Numbered from the stretch's first letter, positions 50,778 to 61,050 are shown. The stretch is 64,000 nucleotides of DNA from an uncultured Spirochaetota bacterium (GCA_963734495.1 CAVTHK010000011.1:352001-416000); one strand, 5' to 3'. Translations and numbers: made by a program. Notes: generated by a model not told the origin, from the letters alone.

Positions 50778-50967
50778 GAGGGAGCGGCCCGCAGGTTGGG
50801 GACGCCTGGACCGATTGTGAGTAGCCATTGACTGGCAAAGCAATCGCACCGTGTTGGGTGGGGTGCCGCGGGCAGCCGGGGTATGGGCATCAACTACAGG
50901 CCGGGGACCCCTGCGTCGGCGACGGGCAAGAATGTTCAGCCCGCATACGGTGTGGAAGATCGACTGG

Positions 50968-51759
50968 CTATTGCCTCCGCGCCGTCTCGTGGAACGACCA
51001 GACGATCACGTACGTGAGGAAGATGAAAAAGGCAAAGGCGAGGCTGAACAGGACGGCCTTTGGGTTGAGGAGGTTCACCAGCGCGACCGAGACGGTCGCG
51101 GCGGGGTCGCGAAAGATATCCCAGCTGTTGACCCTGACGAACCGCCCGAGGTAGATCCCGTAGCCGCTCAGGATCGTTGCTGTCGCCACGAACCCCCAGG
51201 CCAGGCGCGCGCTCACGCGCTCGCGGATCGTGTGGTGCAGGATGATCAGTGAGATCAGCCCCACGATGTGGCCGACAAAGGCGAATGCGGAGTTCAGGAT
51301 GATGTCGTACCACAGCACCGCGCTCTCTGTGATCAGAGACTGGCTGCGCTCCGGTGGCAGATGGGCGGGCTCCTCGATGACGTGGATGAAGTCGGTAAGG
51401 ATGTACGGCGCGTTTGGATAGAAAAAGAGCCACGCGAGCCCGGTCCCGGCCGCCGCCACCTCTCGCCGGGCCGAGGGCCGGGGCACGGCGCGGATCCGCA
51501 AGATCACGAGGGACAAGGCGTACGGGATCCAGGCAAGGAACAGGTTCCACAGCAGGAAGCTGTAGAGTACGCTGCCTGTCACCAGCCACCTCAGGACGAT
51601 CATGAGCAGGCAGCCCAGCGAGGCGGCGAGCAGAGTGAAAGTGAGAGAAAGGTATTGCCTGCTCGAAGCGGCGGCCGGGCTCAGGGCTTCGCCGCGATCC
51701 CATCCACCCCGGTATGTATCGCGCATGCGTAACACTATACTCCGGAGCTTCTGCGACAC
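50968..51759 (-). CDS. DUF1361-family membrane protein (true start probably downstream)
   Basis: FLLWNLFLAWIP, WLFFYPNAPYILTDFIH, GIYLGRFVRVNSWD. Confidence 0.85.
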   Translation of the reverse strand: MSQKLRSIVLRMRDTYRGGWDRGEALSPAAASSRQYLSLTFTLLAASLGCLLMIVLRWLVTGSVLYSFLLWNLFLAWIPYALSLVILRIRAVPRPSARREVAAAGTGLAWLFFYPNAPYILTDFIHVIEEPAHLPPERSQSLITESAVLWYDIILNSAFAFVGHIVGLISLIILHHTIRERVSARLAWGFVATATILSGYGIYLGRFVRVNSWDIFRDPAATVSVALVNLLNPKAVLFSLAFAFFIFLTYVIVWSFHETARRQ

Positions 51760-51813
51760 AACGATGTCAGCGGCCCGCAGGGTCGGCGGCCCGCAGCGCC
51801 GATCGCGGACGGC

Positions 51814-52770
51814 TCACGCTCCGCCCAGCGCCCGTGACGTCACCTGCCTCACGAACTCGGTCTTTGCCAGCGTGTACCGCTCGCGGTCCTCGCGGTGAGT
51901 CGCGGCCAGCCCGCGCTTGAGCGCCGCGTAGCGCGCGGCCTCAGCCGGGTTCGATCTCAGACGGTCCCTGAAAGCGATCGCGTCCCACGCCTCGTGGCCC
52001 GCGGGCGCCATGTGCACGTGGTGGGTGCGCGTTCCCATGAGCGTCGCCCTCTTCACGAAGGTCATGTGCTCGGAGTACCACCAGTACTCCCACGTCTCGT
52101 CGAGGACGGCCAGCGCTCTCTTTCGGGCTTCGACGAACGACGGAACTTCCACCAGAAGGTCGACGACCGGCTTGGCGGGCATGCCCGCGATAGCAGTGCT
52201 CCCGTAGTGCTCAATGCGAAGCGCGACGTCGGACCCGAGCCGATCCCGCAGCCATGACGCCATCGCCAGCGCCTGCTCCGGCCATGAAGGATCGTAATCG
52301 GCCAGCGCGACCTCGTCGCTCGCGCCCTGCTCGCCTGCGCGGACGTAGGCGTTAGCGGAGACCCGGAAATCCAGGAGGCCGGACGCCGGCAGGGACCCCC
52401 TGAACTCCCCGCTCCAACGGCCGGCGACAGCGGCCGATTCGACGAGCCACTGCCAGTCGATGGAGTCCTGCCCCGCGATGATGTCCACGCCGTTCTCGCG
52501 ACGCCAGAGCGTTCGCGAGCGGTCGTCGAGGTCCCACGCCACCATCCGGCGCGGGATGTCGGCGATCGTCGCGACCTCGATCCCGAGAAAGTGCAGGGAC
52601 TCTGTTTCGCTCAACCGACCCTGGTATCCGACGTACCGGGTGAGCCCGCCGGTGTGCTTTACCTCTTGCGTCAATCGGCGAAAGAGCTCCGCGTAGAAGG
52701 GCAGCTGTTTCTCGGGGTCCGACCCGAGCACTTGCTGTCCGCCGACCAGCCGGATGCGCGGCCGTCCCAT
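51814..52770 (-). CDS. GrpB-family (UPF0157) nucleotidyltransferase-like protein with extra N-terminal domain
   Basis: YDPSWP, IEHYGSTAIAGMPAKPVVD, HHVHM, FRDRLR, YAALK, YTLAKTEFV. Confidence 0.85.
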   Translation of the reverse strand: MGRPRIRLVGGQQVLGSDPEKQLPFYAELFRRLTQEVKHTGGLTRYVGYQGRLSETESLHFLGIEVATIADIPRRMVAWDLDDRSRTLWRRENGVDIIAGQDSIDWQWLVESAAVAGRWSGEFRGSLPASGLLDFRVSANAYVRAGEQGASDEVALADYDPSWPEQALAMASWLRDRLGSDVALRIEHYGSTAIAGMPAKPVVDLLVEVPSFVEARKRALAVLDETWEYWWYSEHMTFVKRATLMGTRTHHVHMAPAGHEAWDAIAFRDRLRSNPAEAARYAALKRGLAATHREDRERYTLAKTEFVRQVTSRALGGA

Positions 52771-52775
52771 CGCTC

Positions 52776-54221
52776 TTACTTCCAGATGCCGTTCAGCTGC
52801 CAGATGTCGGAGGCCTCGAAATCCGCGCGCCCGCCTTGCGCGAACAGCTCCAGTTTCCTGCACTCGGTTCCTGGATCGAACACGTGAGAGACGGTTTCCA
52901 GTCCGCCGTTCAGGAACACCTCGACCACGGACCTGTCTAGAAAGATGCGCATTTCGATGGTTCGCGAGCTGCCGCAGAACTGCAGCTTGTGCTCGCTGTC
53001 GAGGATGCGCAGGCTGCCGCCGCCGTACGCGATCGCGAGTGGCTTGTCGGGGTCATGGCAGCAATAGATGTTCAGCCCGCAGGATCGGGCGCTGCCCGCG
53101 TCGATCCGCAGCGAGAGCTCCAGGGTGTTCGGCAGCTCACCCGTGACCCGGCGCGAAGCGTCACTGAGCGACGCGGGCTCGATCCGCGTGCGGCTCTTTC
53201 GCAAAGCCGCCGTCTCGGGCACCGGCTGCTGCAGGAGGCGGCCGGCGGGATCCAGCGAGATGACGCGCGGCAGGGCCATGCAGCCGTCCCAGCCGCCTGC
53301 TGCGGAGAAGGCTTCGAACCCGTTGATCCTGCCGAAGAGGAGGCAGCGGCCGTCGTCGTCGAACAGGATGTTGGTGCCGTAGAGCGATTTGCTCCCGGCG
53401 CTCTGATAACCGGCGTCCAGAAAGCCCTTGACCGACGGCGTGAACGACAGGCCCTCGAGGTCCAGCGCGCCGGTGCTGTATTCGGTCCCGTTCTTGTACG
53501 CCGAGGTGAGGAACACCCACCTGTCGCCGAGCCTGAAGAGGTTGGGGCATTCCGCGTTGCGGTCATAGATCGTGCCGAGGTACTTCCAGCGGGTGAGCTC
53601 GGCGTTCTCAGCCTCGTAGATCGGAAGAGGGTGCCCGTCGCGGCCGGTGCAGAGAGTGAGGTACTTCTTCTTGTCGTGCTCGAAGATGAAGGGGTCCCTC
53701 CAGTTCGTGTCGAACGTATCACGGGCGTGAGACGGGTAATCGAGGATAGGGTTCCCCGGGTGTTTCTCCCAGACAACGAGGTCGTCGTCTTTCGGGATCG
53801 CGGCCCACTGCTGGAACGGGACCTTCCAGCCTTCTTCCCTGTCGTTGAAGACGGCCGTGTAGAAGATCATGGGCCGCCCGCTCCCGGTCCGTGTGGCGCA
53901 CCCGGACCAGCAGCCCTTTTCACCTTTCTCCAGCGAGGGCCAGATCGCGGCGGGCAGCCGTTCCCAGTGCACGAGGTCGCCGCTCCGCATATGCCCCCAG
54001 TACATCCTTCCGAAGCGGGGGCCGTAGGGGTGCCACTGGTAGAACGCGTGATACATGCCGCCCTGACGCAGCAGCCCGTTCACGTCGTTCATCCAGCCCG
54101 TCTCGGGGCGAAAGTGGTACACGGGCGCCTTTGGGTCCGCGAGCGAGCCGGGCGCGCGCTCCGCGACGTCCGCCATGACCCGGGCGACGGCCGGGTTGCC
54201 TGCTGCCTCGTGCTTGTCCAC
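52776..54221 (-). CDS. GH32 beta-fructofuranosidase / sucrose-6-phosphate hydrolase
   Basis: YHFRPETGWMNDVNG, WGH...DLVHW, WSG, WRDP, ECPN. Confidence 0.93.
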   Translation of the reverse strand: MDKHEAAGNPAVARVMADVAERAPGSLADPKAPVYHFRPETGWMNDVNGLLRQGGMYHAFYQWHPYGPRFGRMYWGHMRSGDLVHWERLPAAIWPSLEKGEKGCWSGCATRTGSGRPMIFYTAVFNDREEGWKVPFQQWAAIPKDDDLVVWEKHPGNPILDYPSHARDTFDTNWRDPFIFEHDKKKYLTLCTGRDGHPLPIYEAENAELTRWKYLGTIYDRNAECPNLFRLGDRWVFLTSAYKNGTEYSTGALDLEGLSFTPSVKGFLDAGYQSAGSKSLYGTNILFDDDGRCLLFGRINGFEAFSAAGGWDGCMALPRVISLDPAGRLLQQPVPETAALRKSRTRIEPASLSDASRRVTGELPNTLELSLRIDAGSARSCGLNIYCCHDPDKPLAIAYGGGSLRILDSEHKLQFCGSSRTIEMRIFLDRSVVEVFLNGGLETVSHVFDPGTECRKLELFAQGGRADFEASDIWQLNGIWK

Positions 54222-54336
54222 TGCCGTGCCTCGTGATCGCCGCGTCGTTTCCCGGCGGCAACGCCAGTATAGCGCGCGTCCTGACCGTGGTGACAGCGAG
54301 GCCGCGGACCCTATACTCTGCGCACAGAGAGGTCAC

Positions 54337-55392
54337 ATGCTGCTGCCTTCACCCGGCTCTCCCGTCTTCTTCGAGAGGAACCGCGTGGCCCGCGTTTATC
54401 GCGGAGGACGGCTCTTCCACGAGCTCTTCGGCGACCCCGCCGAGGACGGTCTGCTGCCGGAGGAGTGGATCGCTTCCACGGTGCGCGCTCTCAATCGCGA
54501 AGGGGGCGACCCGCTGGAAGGAGTGTCCATCCTCGAAAGCGCGGACCTGCCGTTCACCCGATACCTGGAGGAGCGCCCCGCAGCCCTCGGCGGGAGGAGC
54601 GATCTCGGGATCCTGGTCAAGGCGCTCGACAGCGCGATCCGCCTGCCGGTCCAGACCCATCCGGACAAGGCGTTCGCGCGCCGGCACTTCGGAAGCAGCC
54701 ACGGCAAGACCGAGATGTGGGTCGTGCTCGCGACGCGCGGCGAAGGGGCAAAGATCCACTTCGGGTTCAAGGAGCCGGTCTCCCACGCGAGGTTCGCCGA
54801 AGCGGTGCGCGCGAGCGAGACCGATCCGGGGGCGATGCCCGGGCTGCTGAACGAGGTGCCCGCGCGCCCGGGCGACGTCTACCTCATCCCGCCGCGCGTG
54901 GTCCATGCGATCGGAGCCGGCTGCCTGATCCTCGAGGTGCAGGAGCCGACGGACTTTACCCTGCAGCCCGAGGCCTGGTGCGGCGACTACAGGCTCAACG
55001 AGCGGGAGAAATACCTCGGGCTGGACGTCGAGACAGCGCTGGAGTGCTTCGATTTCGAAGACCTTGTGGGTGAGAAGGCGGTCCGCCGCGGCCGCATGAT
55101 CCCCCGCGTCGTCGAGAGCTCCGGCGCCGCGACCGTCGAAGAGCTGGTGTCGTTCGAGCATACGCCCGACTTCGCGGTAAACCGACGCCGGCTGCGCCGC
55201 GGCTCCGCCGCGCTGGGCGCGGGGCCGGCAGTCATCGTCGTCACGGACGGCGCCGGGATGCTCGCGGCGCCGGGCGGGTCGCGAGCGATCGGCAAAGGGA
55301 GCTACTTCTTCCAGCCTGCGGACGCTGTCGACGTCGAGATCGCGACGGACGGGTTCCTGGAGATCGTCGAGTGCCTGCCACCCCGGGCCTGA
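54337..55392 (+). CDS. Class I mannose-6-phosphate isomerase-like cupin
   Basis: LVKALDSAIRLPVQTHP, GKTEMW, VVHAIGAG, LEVQEPTD. Confidence 0.85.
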   Translation: MLLPSPGSPVFFERNRVARVYRGGRLFHELFGDPAEDGLLPEEWIASTVRALNREGGDPLEGVSILESADLPFTRYLEERPAALGGRSDLGILVKALDSAIRLPVQTHPDKAFARRHFGSSHGKTEMWVVLATRGEGAKIHFGFKEPVSHARFAEAVRASETDPGAMPGLLNEVPARPGDVYLIPPRVVHAIGAGCLILEVQEPTDFTLQPEAWCGDYRLNEREKYLGLDVETALECFDFEDLVGEKAVRRGRMIPRVVESSGAATVEELVSFEHTPDFAVNRRRLRRGSAALGAGPAVIVVTDGAGMLAAPGGSRAIGKGSYFFQPADAVDVEIATDGFLEIVECLPPRA

Positions 55393-55404
55393 AGCGCCGG
55401 TGGC

Positions 55405-56043
55405 TTACAGCCGCGCGACAAAAGCGTCGACCGCCTCGATCGCCCGCTCGATCAGCTGCGCCTCGCTCGCCGGCGCGCCCCGGGGCGGCTTGTACGAGTG
55501 GTCGCCGCCCTCCAGGTACTCGATGCGGATCGAAGGGGAGAGCTTGTAGGCCGCGATTTCATCGCGGCTGCCGAAGGCGTCGCGGGTGCCCTGTGCGATG
55601 AGCGCCGGCGTGCGCATCTTCTCCAGGTGCGCGACGCGCAGCTTGTCGGGCTGGCCCGGGGGGTGGAACGGGTAGCCGAGGCAGACGAGCCCCGCGACCG
55701 CGGCTGAGTCCGCGACCAGGCTCGCGACCCTGCCGCCCATGGACTTGCCGCCGATGACGAGCGACCCGGGATCGCCGGCGCGCTCGATCACGCTCGCGTA
55801 CTCGCCGGTCAGCCGCTCCGCGAGCCCCGGCCCCTTCCTCGCCCCGGTCGCGCGGCGCGCGTGCATGTAGGCGAACTCGAAGCGGATGACGCACCGTCCT
55901 CTCTCGGCGAGCCCACGCGCCACCTTGTTCATGAACGGGCTGTCCATGGGAGCGCCCGCGCCGTGGGCGAGGATGACGAGGGGCCGGGCCGCCGGGTCTC
56001 CGTCCACCATCCAGTCGGCGGGCCAGTCGCGCGATCGAGCCAT
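55405..56043 (-). CDS. Alpha/beta hydrolase (KANL3/Tex30-like)
   Basis: LAHGAGAPMDS, GGKSMGGR, LGYPFHPPG, QGTRDAFG, GDHS. Confidence 0.88.
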   Translation of the reverse strand: MARSRDWPADWMVDGDPAARPLVILAHGAGAPMDSPFMNKVARGLAERGRCVIRFEFAYMHARRATGARKGPGLAERLTGEYASVIERAGDPGSLVIGGKSMGGRVASLVADSAAVAGLVCLGYPFHPPGQPDKLRVAHLEKMRTPALIAQGTRDAFGSRDEIAAYKLSPSIRIEYLEGGDHSYKPPRGAPASEAQLIERAIEAVDAFVARL

Positions 56044-56050
56044 GCGTCCA

Positions 56051-56079
56051 AAGGTAAGGCGCCGGGGCCCCGCGATCAA
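56051..56079 (-). promoter_or_regulatory. Putative promoter positioned for a leaderless transcript
   Basis: Minus TTGATC-17 nt-TACCTT-7 nt-ATG, no SD. Confidence 0.5.
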
Positions 56080-56191
56080 GGCGCCTGCGCGCGCGGGCTC
56101 GGGTGTCGGGCCCTCCTGCCACGTCGTTTTCATTGACAGGTGGGGGCCCGTGTGTTAATCCAGTGAAAGGTAATCCGAAGGAGGTCGACAC

Positions 56192-57511
56192 ATGAGAAAC
56201 CGCGCAAAGACGGCCCTGCTCGCCGCCGTCCTGATCCTGCTGGCGCCCGCGCTGGCCCTGGCCGGCGGGGCAGGCGAGGGAAAGGCGTCCGCCCCGGCGA
56301 AGATCACGTTGTGGAGCGGCTACCCCGAGCTGCAGGGGTTCTACGAGAGCGTGGTCAAGGACTTCACCGCGCAGAATCCCGGCATCACGGTCGAAGTGCA
56401 GACGTTCGCGCTCGCCGACCTCGACAAGAAGCTCGGCATGTCGATCCCGTCGAGCACCGCGGCCGACGTGCTCGAGCTGATCAGCGTGCAGTCCTTTCCC
56501 TGGGCCTCCAAGTTCTTCACCGAGGTCCCGGCGGCCGTCAAGGACGGCGTGATGAAGGTCGTCAACAAGGAGTACCTGCACGACGTGACCTACGGCGGCA
56601 AGATGATGGGCGTCCCGTTCTGTTTCTACAGCGAGGTCCTCTACTACAACAAGGACATGCTGGCAGAGGGCGGTTATACGAAGGCGCCCGACACCATGGA
56701 CCAGCTCGTCGAGTACGCCCGCAAGCTCACCAAGTACGACCCGCAGGGCACGGTGGCGCGCTCGGGCATCTCGCTCCGTTTCGCGGGCAACCCTTCGGGG
56801 ACCGCCGAGAAGTTCTGGGCGCTCGGCCTGCTTCCCTGGGGAGGGGACATCCTCACCGAGAGCACGGCGACCCCCGGCAAGTTCCACGCGGGCTTCGGCA
56901 ACGACGCGGGATACAAGGGCCTCAGCCTGTACCTCGACCTCGTGTACAAGCACAAGGTGACCGACTTCAACATCAAGCAGGACGCCGAGGGGTTCGCCCA
57001 GGGCAAGGCCGCGATGTTCGAGCGCGAGCAGTGGGTAGTCGGGACGCTCAAGCAGACCGCGCCGACGCTCAACTACGACGCCTCCGCGCTGCCCAAGGGC
57101 AGCCGCAGGGCCACGTTCGCCATTACCAGGAACATGTTCGTCCCTCAGGCGGCCAAGAGCAAGGATGCGGCCTGGAAGTTCATCGCCTACTTCTACTCGA
57201 AGCCCGTGATGGAGCGCATGGTCAAGGAGACCGGCTGGCTCTCGACGCGGGCCGACCTGGACTACGCCGTCCTGCTCAAGCCGAGCCCGCAGCTTCTGGC
57301 AGGCATCAACAACCCGCCGGACCTGCAGTTCGTGTGGCAGAAGCGGCTCACCGTCGAGAACGGGATCATGAACAAGATCGGCGAGACGCTGACGCAGCTC
57401 TTCCGCGACGCTTCGCTCACCGGCAACGAGGCGAAGATCCGGGAGGCCGTCAAGAAGATGGCGGATGCCGCGGACGGCACGCTCAAGGAGGCGGGGCTCT
57501 ACGCCCCGTAG
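56192..57511 (+). CDS. Sugar ABC substrate-binding protein (third operon)
   Basis: LAGGAGE signal, KITLWS, GVPF..SEVLYYNKDML, AAWKFI. Confidence 0.92.
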   Translation: MRNRAKTALLAAVLILLAPALALAGGAGEGKASAPAKITLWSGYPELQGFYESVVKDFTAQNPGITVEVQTFALADLDKKLGMSIPSSTAADVLELISVQSFPWASKFFTEVPAAVKDGVMKVVNKEYLHDVTYGGKMMGVPFCFYSEVLYYNKDMLAEGGYTKAPDTMDQLVEYARKLTKYDPQGTVARSGISLRFAGNPSGTAEKFWALGLLPWGGDILTESTATPGKFHAGFGNDAGYKGLSLYLDLVYKHKVTDFNIKQDAEGFAQGKAAMFEREQWVVGTLKQTAPTLNYDASALPKGSRRATFAITRNMFVPQAAKSKDAAWKFIAYFYSKPVMERMVKETGWLSTRADLDYAVLLKPSPQLLAGINNPPDLQFVWQKRLTVENGIMNKIGETLTQLFRDASLTGNEAKIREAVKKMADAADGTLKEAGLYAP

Positions 57512-57575
57512 AGTCTCGGGCGGCGCGGCTCACGGCGGGACGCACCTCACCGTGAGCCGCAGCCAGGACCAGGCC

Positions 57576-58475
57576 ATGAGAGCGCCCGCACGGAAGAAGC
57601 TCTTCGACGATCGCGAGCAGATGCTCTTCGTCGTGGCGGCGCTGGCGCCGACCATGGCCGCCTTTCTGCTCATCCGCATCTTCCCCATCGGCCAGACGCT
57701 GGTCGGCAGCTTCTTCAACTGGAGCCTGGTCGACGGGTGGGGCGGGTTCTCGGGCATCCGCAATTACGTCGCCCTCTTCGGCGACGAGCTCTTCTACACC
57801 GCATTCCTGAACACGATGGGGTTCACCGTCTGGACGACGGTGTTCTCGGTCGTGCTGGGACTGCTCTTCGCGTACCTGATCAACCGCAAGGTGCCGCTCT
57901 CGTCGTTCTACGAGACCGTGATCTTTGTCCCCGTGGTGCTCACGTTCGTGCCCGTCTGCCTGGTGTGGCTGTGGCTGCTCGACTGGGACAACGGGTTCAT
58001 CAACCTCGCGCTGCGGGCCGCGGGCCTGGGGCGGGTCTCCTGGCTGGCGACCCCGCGGATGTCGATGGTCTCGGTGATCGTCGTGAGCATCTGGAAGGTG
58101 ATCGGCTACAACATGATCATCTTTGCCGTCGGCCTGAAGAACATCCCGCGCAGCTACTACGAGGCCGCGGACATGGACGGGGCCTCGGCGCGCACCGTGT
58201 TCCGGCGCATCACGCTGCCCCTCCTCAAGCCGATCACGCTCTTCGTCACCGTCATGTCAGTGATCAATAATCTCAAGGTATTCACGCAGTTCTTCGTCAT
58301 GACCCACGGCAAGCAGGGCGGAGGGGCGCAGGTCGAAGTGCTGGTCTCCGACATCTACTCGCGCAGCTTCGTCTACTACAAGATGGGCGTCGCGTCCGCG
58401 GAGTCGATGGTGCTCCTCGTGGTCGTGCTCGCGATGACGATCGCGCAGTTCAGGATCGCGCGGGAGGAGACGTAG
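57576..58475 (+). CDS. Sugar ABC permease (MalF-like)
   Basis: GLKNIPRSYYEAADMDGA, ITLPLLKP, MGVASA. Confidence 0.92.
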   Translation: MRAPARKKLFDDREQMLFVVAALAPTMAAFLLIRIFPIGQTLVGSFFNWSLVDGWGGFSGIRNYVALFGDELFYTAFLNTMGFTVWTTVFSVVLGLLFAYLINRKVPLSSFYETVIFVPVVLTFVPVCLVWLWLLDWDNGFINLALRAAGLGRVSWLATPRMSMVSVIVVSIWKVIGYNMIIFAVGLKNIPRSYYEAADMDGASARTVFRRITLPLLKPITLFVTVMSVINNLKVFTQFFVMTHGKQGGGAQVEVLVSDIYSRSFVYYKMGVASAESMVLLVVVLAMTIAQFRIAREET

Positions 58476-58479
58476 GCGC

Positions 58480-59302
58480 TTGAAGCGGACGACGAGCACC
58501 GTGCTGATCGAGCTGATCCTCGCGATCTCCTCCGTGGCGATCATCTTTCCGTTCTTCTGGATGATCAGCACCTCGCTCAAGACCGAGGCCGAGATCCTGC
58601 GGGTGCCCGTCACGGTGTTTCCGCACGCCCTCTACGTCGCCAACTACGCCAGGCTGCTCACCGACCCGCTGTTCCTGCGGTTCTTCCTCAACAGCATCAT
58701 CGTCGCCTCCGTGGGGACCGTCGTGAGCACCTTCGATTCCCTCGCCGCCGGGTTCGTGTTCGCCAAGTTCCGGTTCCCCGGCAAGAAGATGCAGTTCCTG
58801 CTGATCCTCGCCACCCTCATGATCCCGTTCCAGTGCTACATGATCCCGCTCTACGCCATGAGCGTCCGCCTCCGCTGGATCGACACCTACGCCGGGCTCA
58901 TCTTTCCCATCGTGATCTCGAGCTTCGGGATCTTCTTCGTGCGCCAGAACATGCAGTCGATTCCGGACTCCCTCCTCGAGGCCGCGAGGATCGACGGGGC
59001 CGGGATCTGGAGGGTGTTCTTCGTGATCGTCCTGCCGCTGTCGGTTTCGGTGACCGTCGTGCTGGCGATCTTCCAGTTCATGACCGCATGGGGCGACTTT
59101 ATCTGGCCCCTCGTGGTGACCAACTCGCAGACGGATGTTCGTCCTCGAGCTCGGTCTGTCGAGGTTCCGCGGCCAGTTCACCGACGACTACGGGCTGATG
59201 ATGACGGGCGCCTCCCTGGGGATCGTGCCCGTGGTCATCGTGTTCCTCGTCTTCCGCCGGTACATCATCGAGGGCATGACGCTGCAGGGGATCAAGGCCT
59301 AG
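58480..59302 (+). CDS. Sugar ABC permease (MalG-like); frameshift near 59135
   Basis: FAKFRFPG, IPDSLLEAARIDGA, WGDFIWP; shifted tail FRRYIIEGMTLQGIKA. Confidence 0.88.
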
Positions 59303-59306
59303 GCGG

Positions 59307-60063
59307 GTGAAGCAGGATTCGAGCAGGCCGGCCGGCATGCCCGCGAGCGCGCGCAGGCGCATTGGCGCGCTCCTCGCCCGCCTGCTGGACGCGTACGGTC
59401 CGCAGGGCTGGTGGCCGCTGCGGAGCCGCGCCGGCACCCCCGGCTTCGACGAGCACGGCTACCACCCCGGCGACTATCGCGAGCCGGCCGCCGCCGCGGG
59501 CAGGTTCGAGGTGATGGCCGGCGCGATCCTCACGCAGAACACCGCCTGGCGCAACGTCGAGCCGGCACTCGACGCGCTGCTCGGCGGGCGGCCGCTCGAG
59601 CCGCGCAGGATCGCGGATCTGTCCCTCGAGGAGCTCGCGGAGCGGATCCGCACGAGCGGGTACTTCCGGCAGAAGGCGCGCAAGCTGCGGGCGCTCGCGG
59701 AATTCGTCGAAGCCCGGGGCGAAGAGCCCCCGTCCCGCGAAGAGCTGCTCGGCATCTGGGGCATAGGCCCGGAGACCGCGGACTCGATCCTGCTGTACGC
59801 GTACCACGAGCCGCACTTTGTCGTCGACGCCTACACGCGCAGGCTGCTCTCGCGCCTGGGGGTGATCGGAAGGCGAGGAGAGCTACGACGGGATCCAGCG
59901 GCTCTTTGTCGCCGCGCTCGCGCCCGACCCCGAAGCGTACAACGAGCTGCACGCCCTCGTCGTGCGGCACGCCAAGGAGCACTGCCGCAGCGTCCCCGAC
60001 TGCGCCGGCTGCCCGCTCTCGCGTGGATGCCCGCGGCGCGGAGTCGTTGACCGTTCCCGCTGA
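59307..60063 (+). CDS. Endonuclease III-related HhH-GPD protein with 4Fe-4S motif; frameshift near 59870
   Basis: YGPQGWWP, GAILTQNTAW, GIWGIGPETADSI, VVDAYTRR; shifted tail HCRSVPDCAGCPLSRGC. Confidence 0.85.
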
Positions 60064-60083
60064 CGTTCCATAGATTCAAGGCG

Positions 60084-61050
60084 ATGAGCGACGACGACCG
60101 CCTTCCGTCGGGGACAAGCCGCTTCTACGCGAGCCTCTCCGAGATCGAGGATCCGACCCGCGACCCGATCGCGGCGCAGTACGTCCCGCAACCCGCGGAG
60201 TCCGACGTGCTGCCCTGGGAGTCGCCGGACCCGCTCGACGAGCGCCGCTTCGAGGTGGCGCCCCGCCTGGTGCACCGCTACCGCGACCGCGTGCTGCTGC
60301 TCGCCAATGACCGGTGCGCCGTGTACTGCCGCCACTGCTTCCGCCGCCACTTTACGGGGCACGGCGGCGGCCGCATCCGCGAAGGCGAGCTCGCCGAGGT
60401 CTGCCGCTACCTGGCCGCGCACCCCGAGGTGCAGGAGGCGCTGGTTTCCGGGGGCGACCCGCTGATGCTTTCCGACGCCGAGCTCGGCCGCGTCCTCGAC
60501 GCGCTGCTCGACACGCGGCCGGAGCTGATCGTTCGCGTCTGCACGCGCGTGCCGGTGGTGCTCCCCGCGCGCGTCACCGAGCCGCTGGCCGAGCTGCTCG
60601 GCCGCCGCGGCAGCATCTGGGTCGTGACGCACGCCAACCACCCGCGCGAGCTCACACCCGAGCTGACCGCCGCCGTGCGCCGCCTCATGGCCCACGGCGT
60701 GCCGGTGCTGAACCAGGCGGTGCTGCTTCGGGGCATCAACGACAGCGCTCGAGACGCTGGAGGCGCTCTTCCGCGGCCTGGTGCGCGCGCGCATCAAGCC
60801 TTACTACCTGTTCCAGGGCGACCTCGCGAGCGGGACCTCGCACTTTCGCGTCCCGATCGAGCGCGGGATCGCGCTGATGCGCGAGCTGCGCAGCCGCCTT
60901 TCGGGCATCGCGATGCCCGTCTATGCCGTGGACCTTCCCGGAGGCGGAGGCAAGGTGCCGATCGAGTCGTCGCTGCTGCGCGTCGAGGCGGATGCTTACG
61001 TGCTGCGGGGGCCCGAGGGCGGAGAGTTCCGCTACCCGCGCGAGGCGTGA
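60084..61050 (+). CDS. KamA/EpmB-family radical SAM aminomutase; frameshift near 60750
   Basis: LVHRYRDRVL, CAVYCRHCFRR, SGGDPL, HANHPREL, NQAVLLRGIND, PYYLFQ, PGGGGKVP. Confidence 0.88.

Noticed and set aside
50780-50967. Possible third copy of the GGGGCTGGGGACCT motif (CAGGCCGGGGACCCCTGCG near 50897) or a gene remnant
   Set aside because: No complementary AGGTC arm, SD or downstream start; the short ORFs have no recognisable motif.
56107-56150. Imperfect inverted repeat over a TTGACA box upstream of the third SBP gene
   Set aside because: Needs bulges and G-T pairs and is GC-rich, so it could be chance; the -10 spacing is ambiguous.
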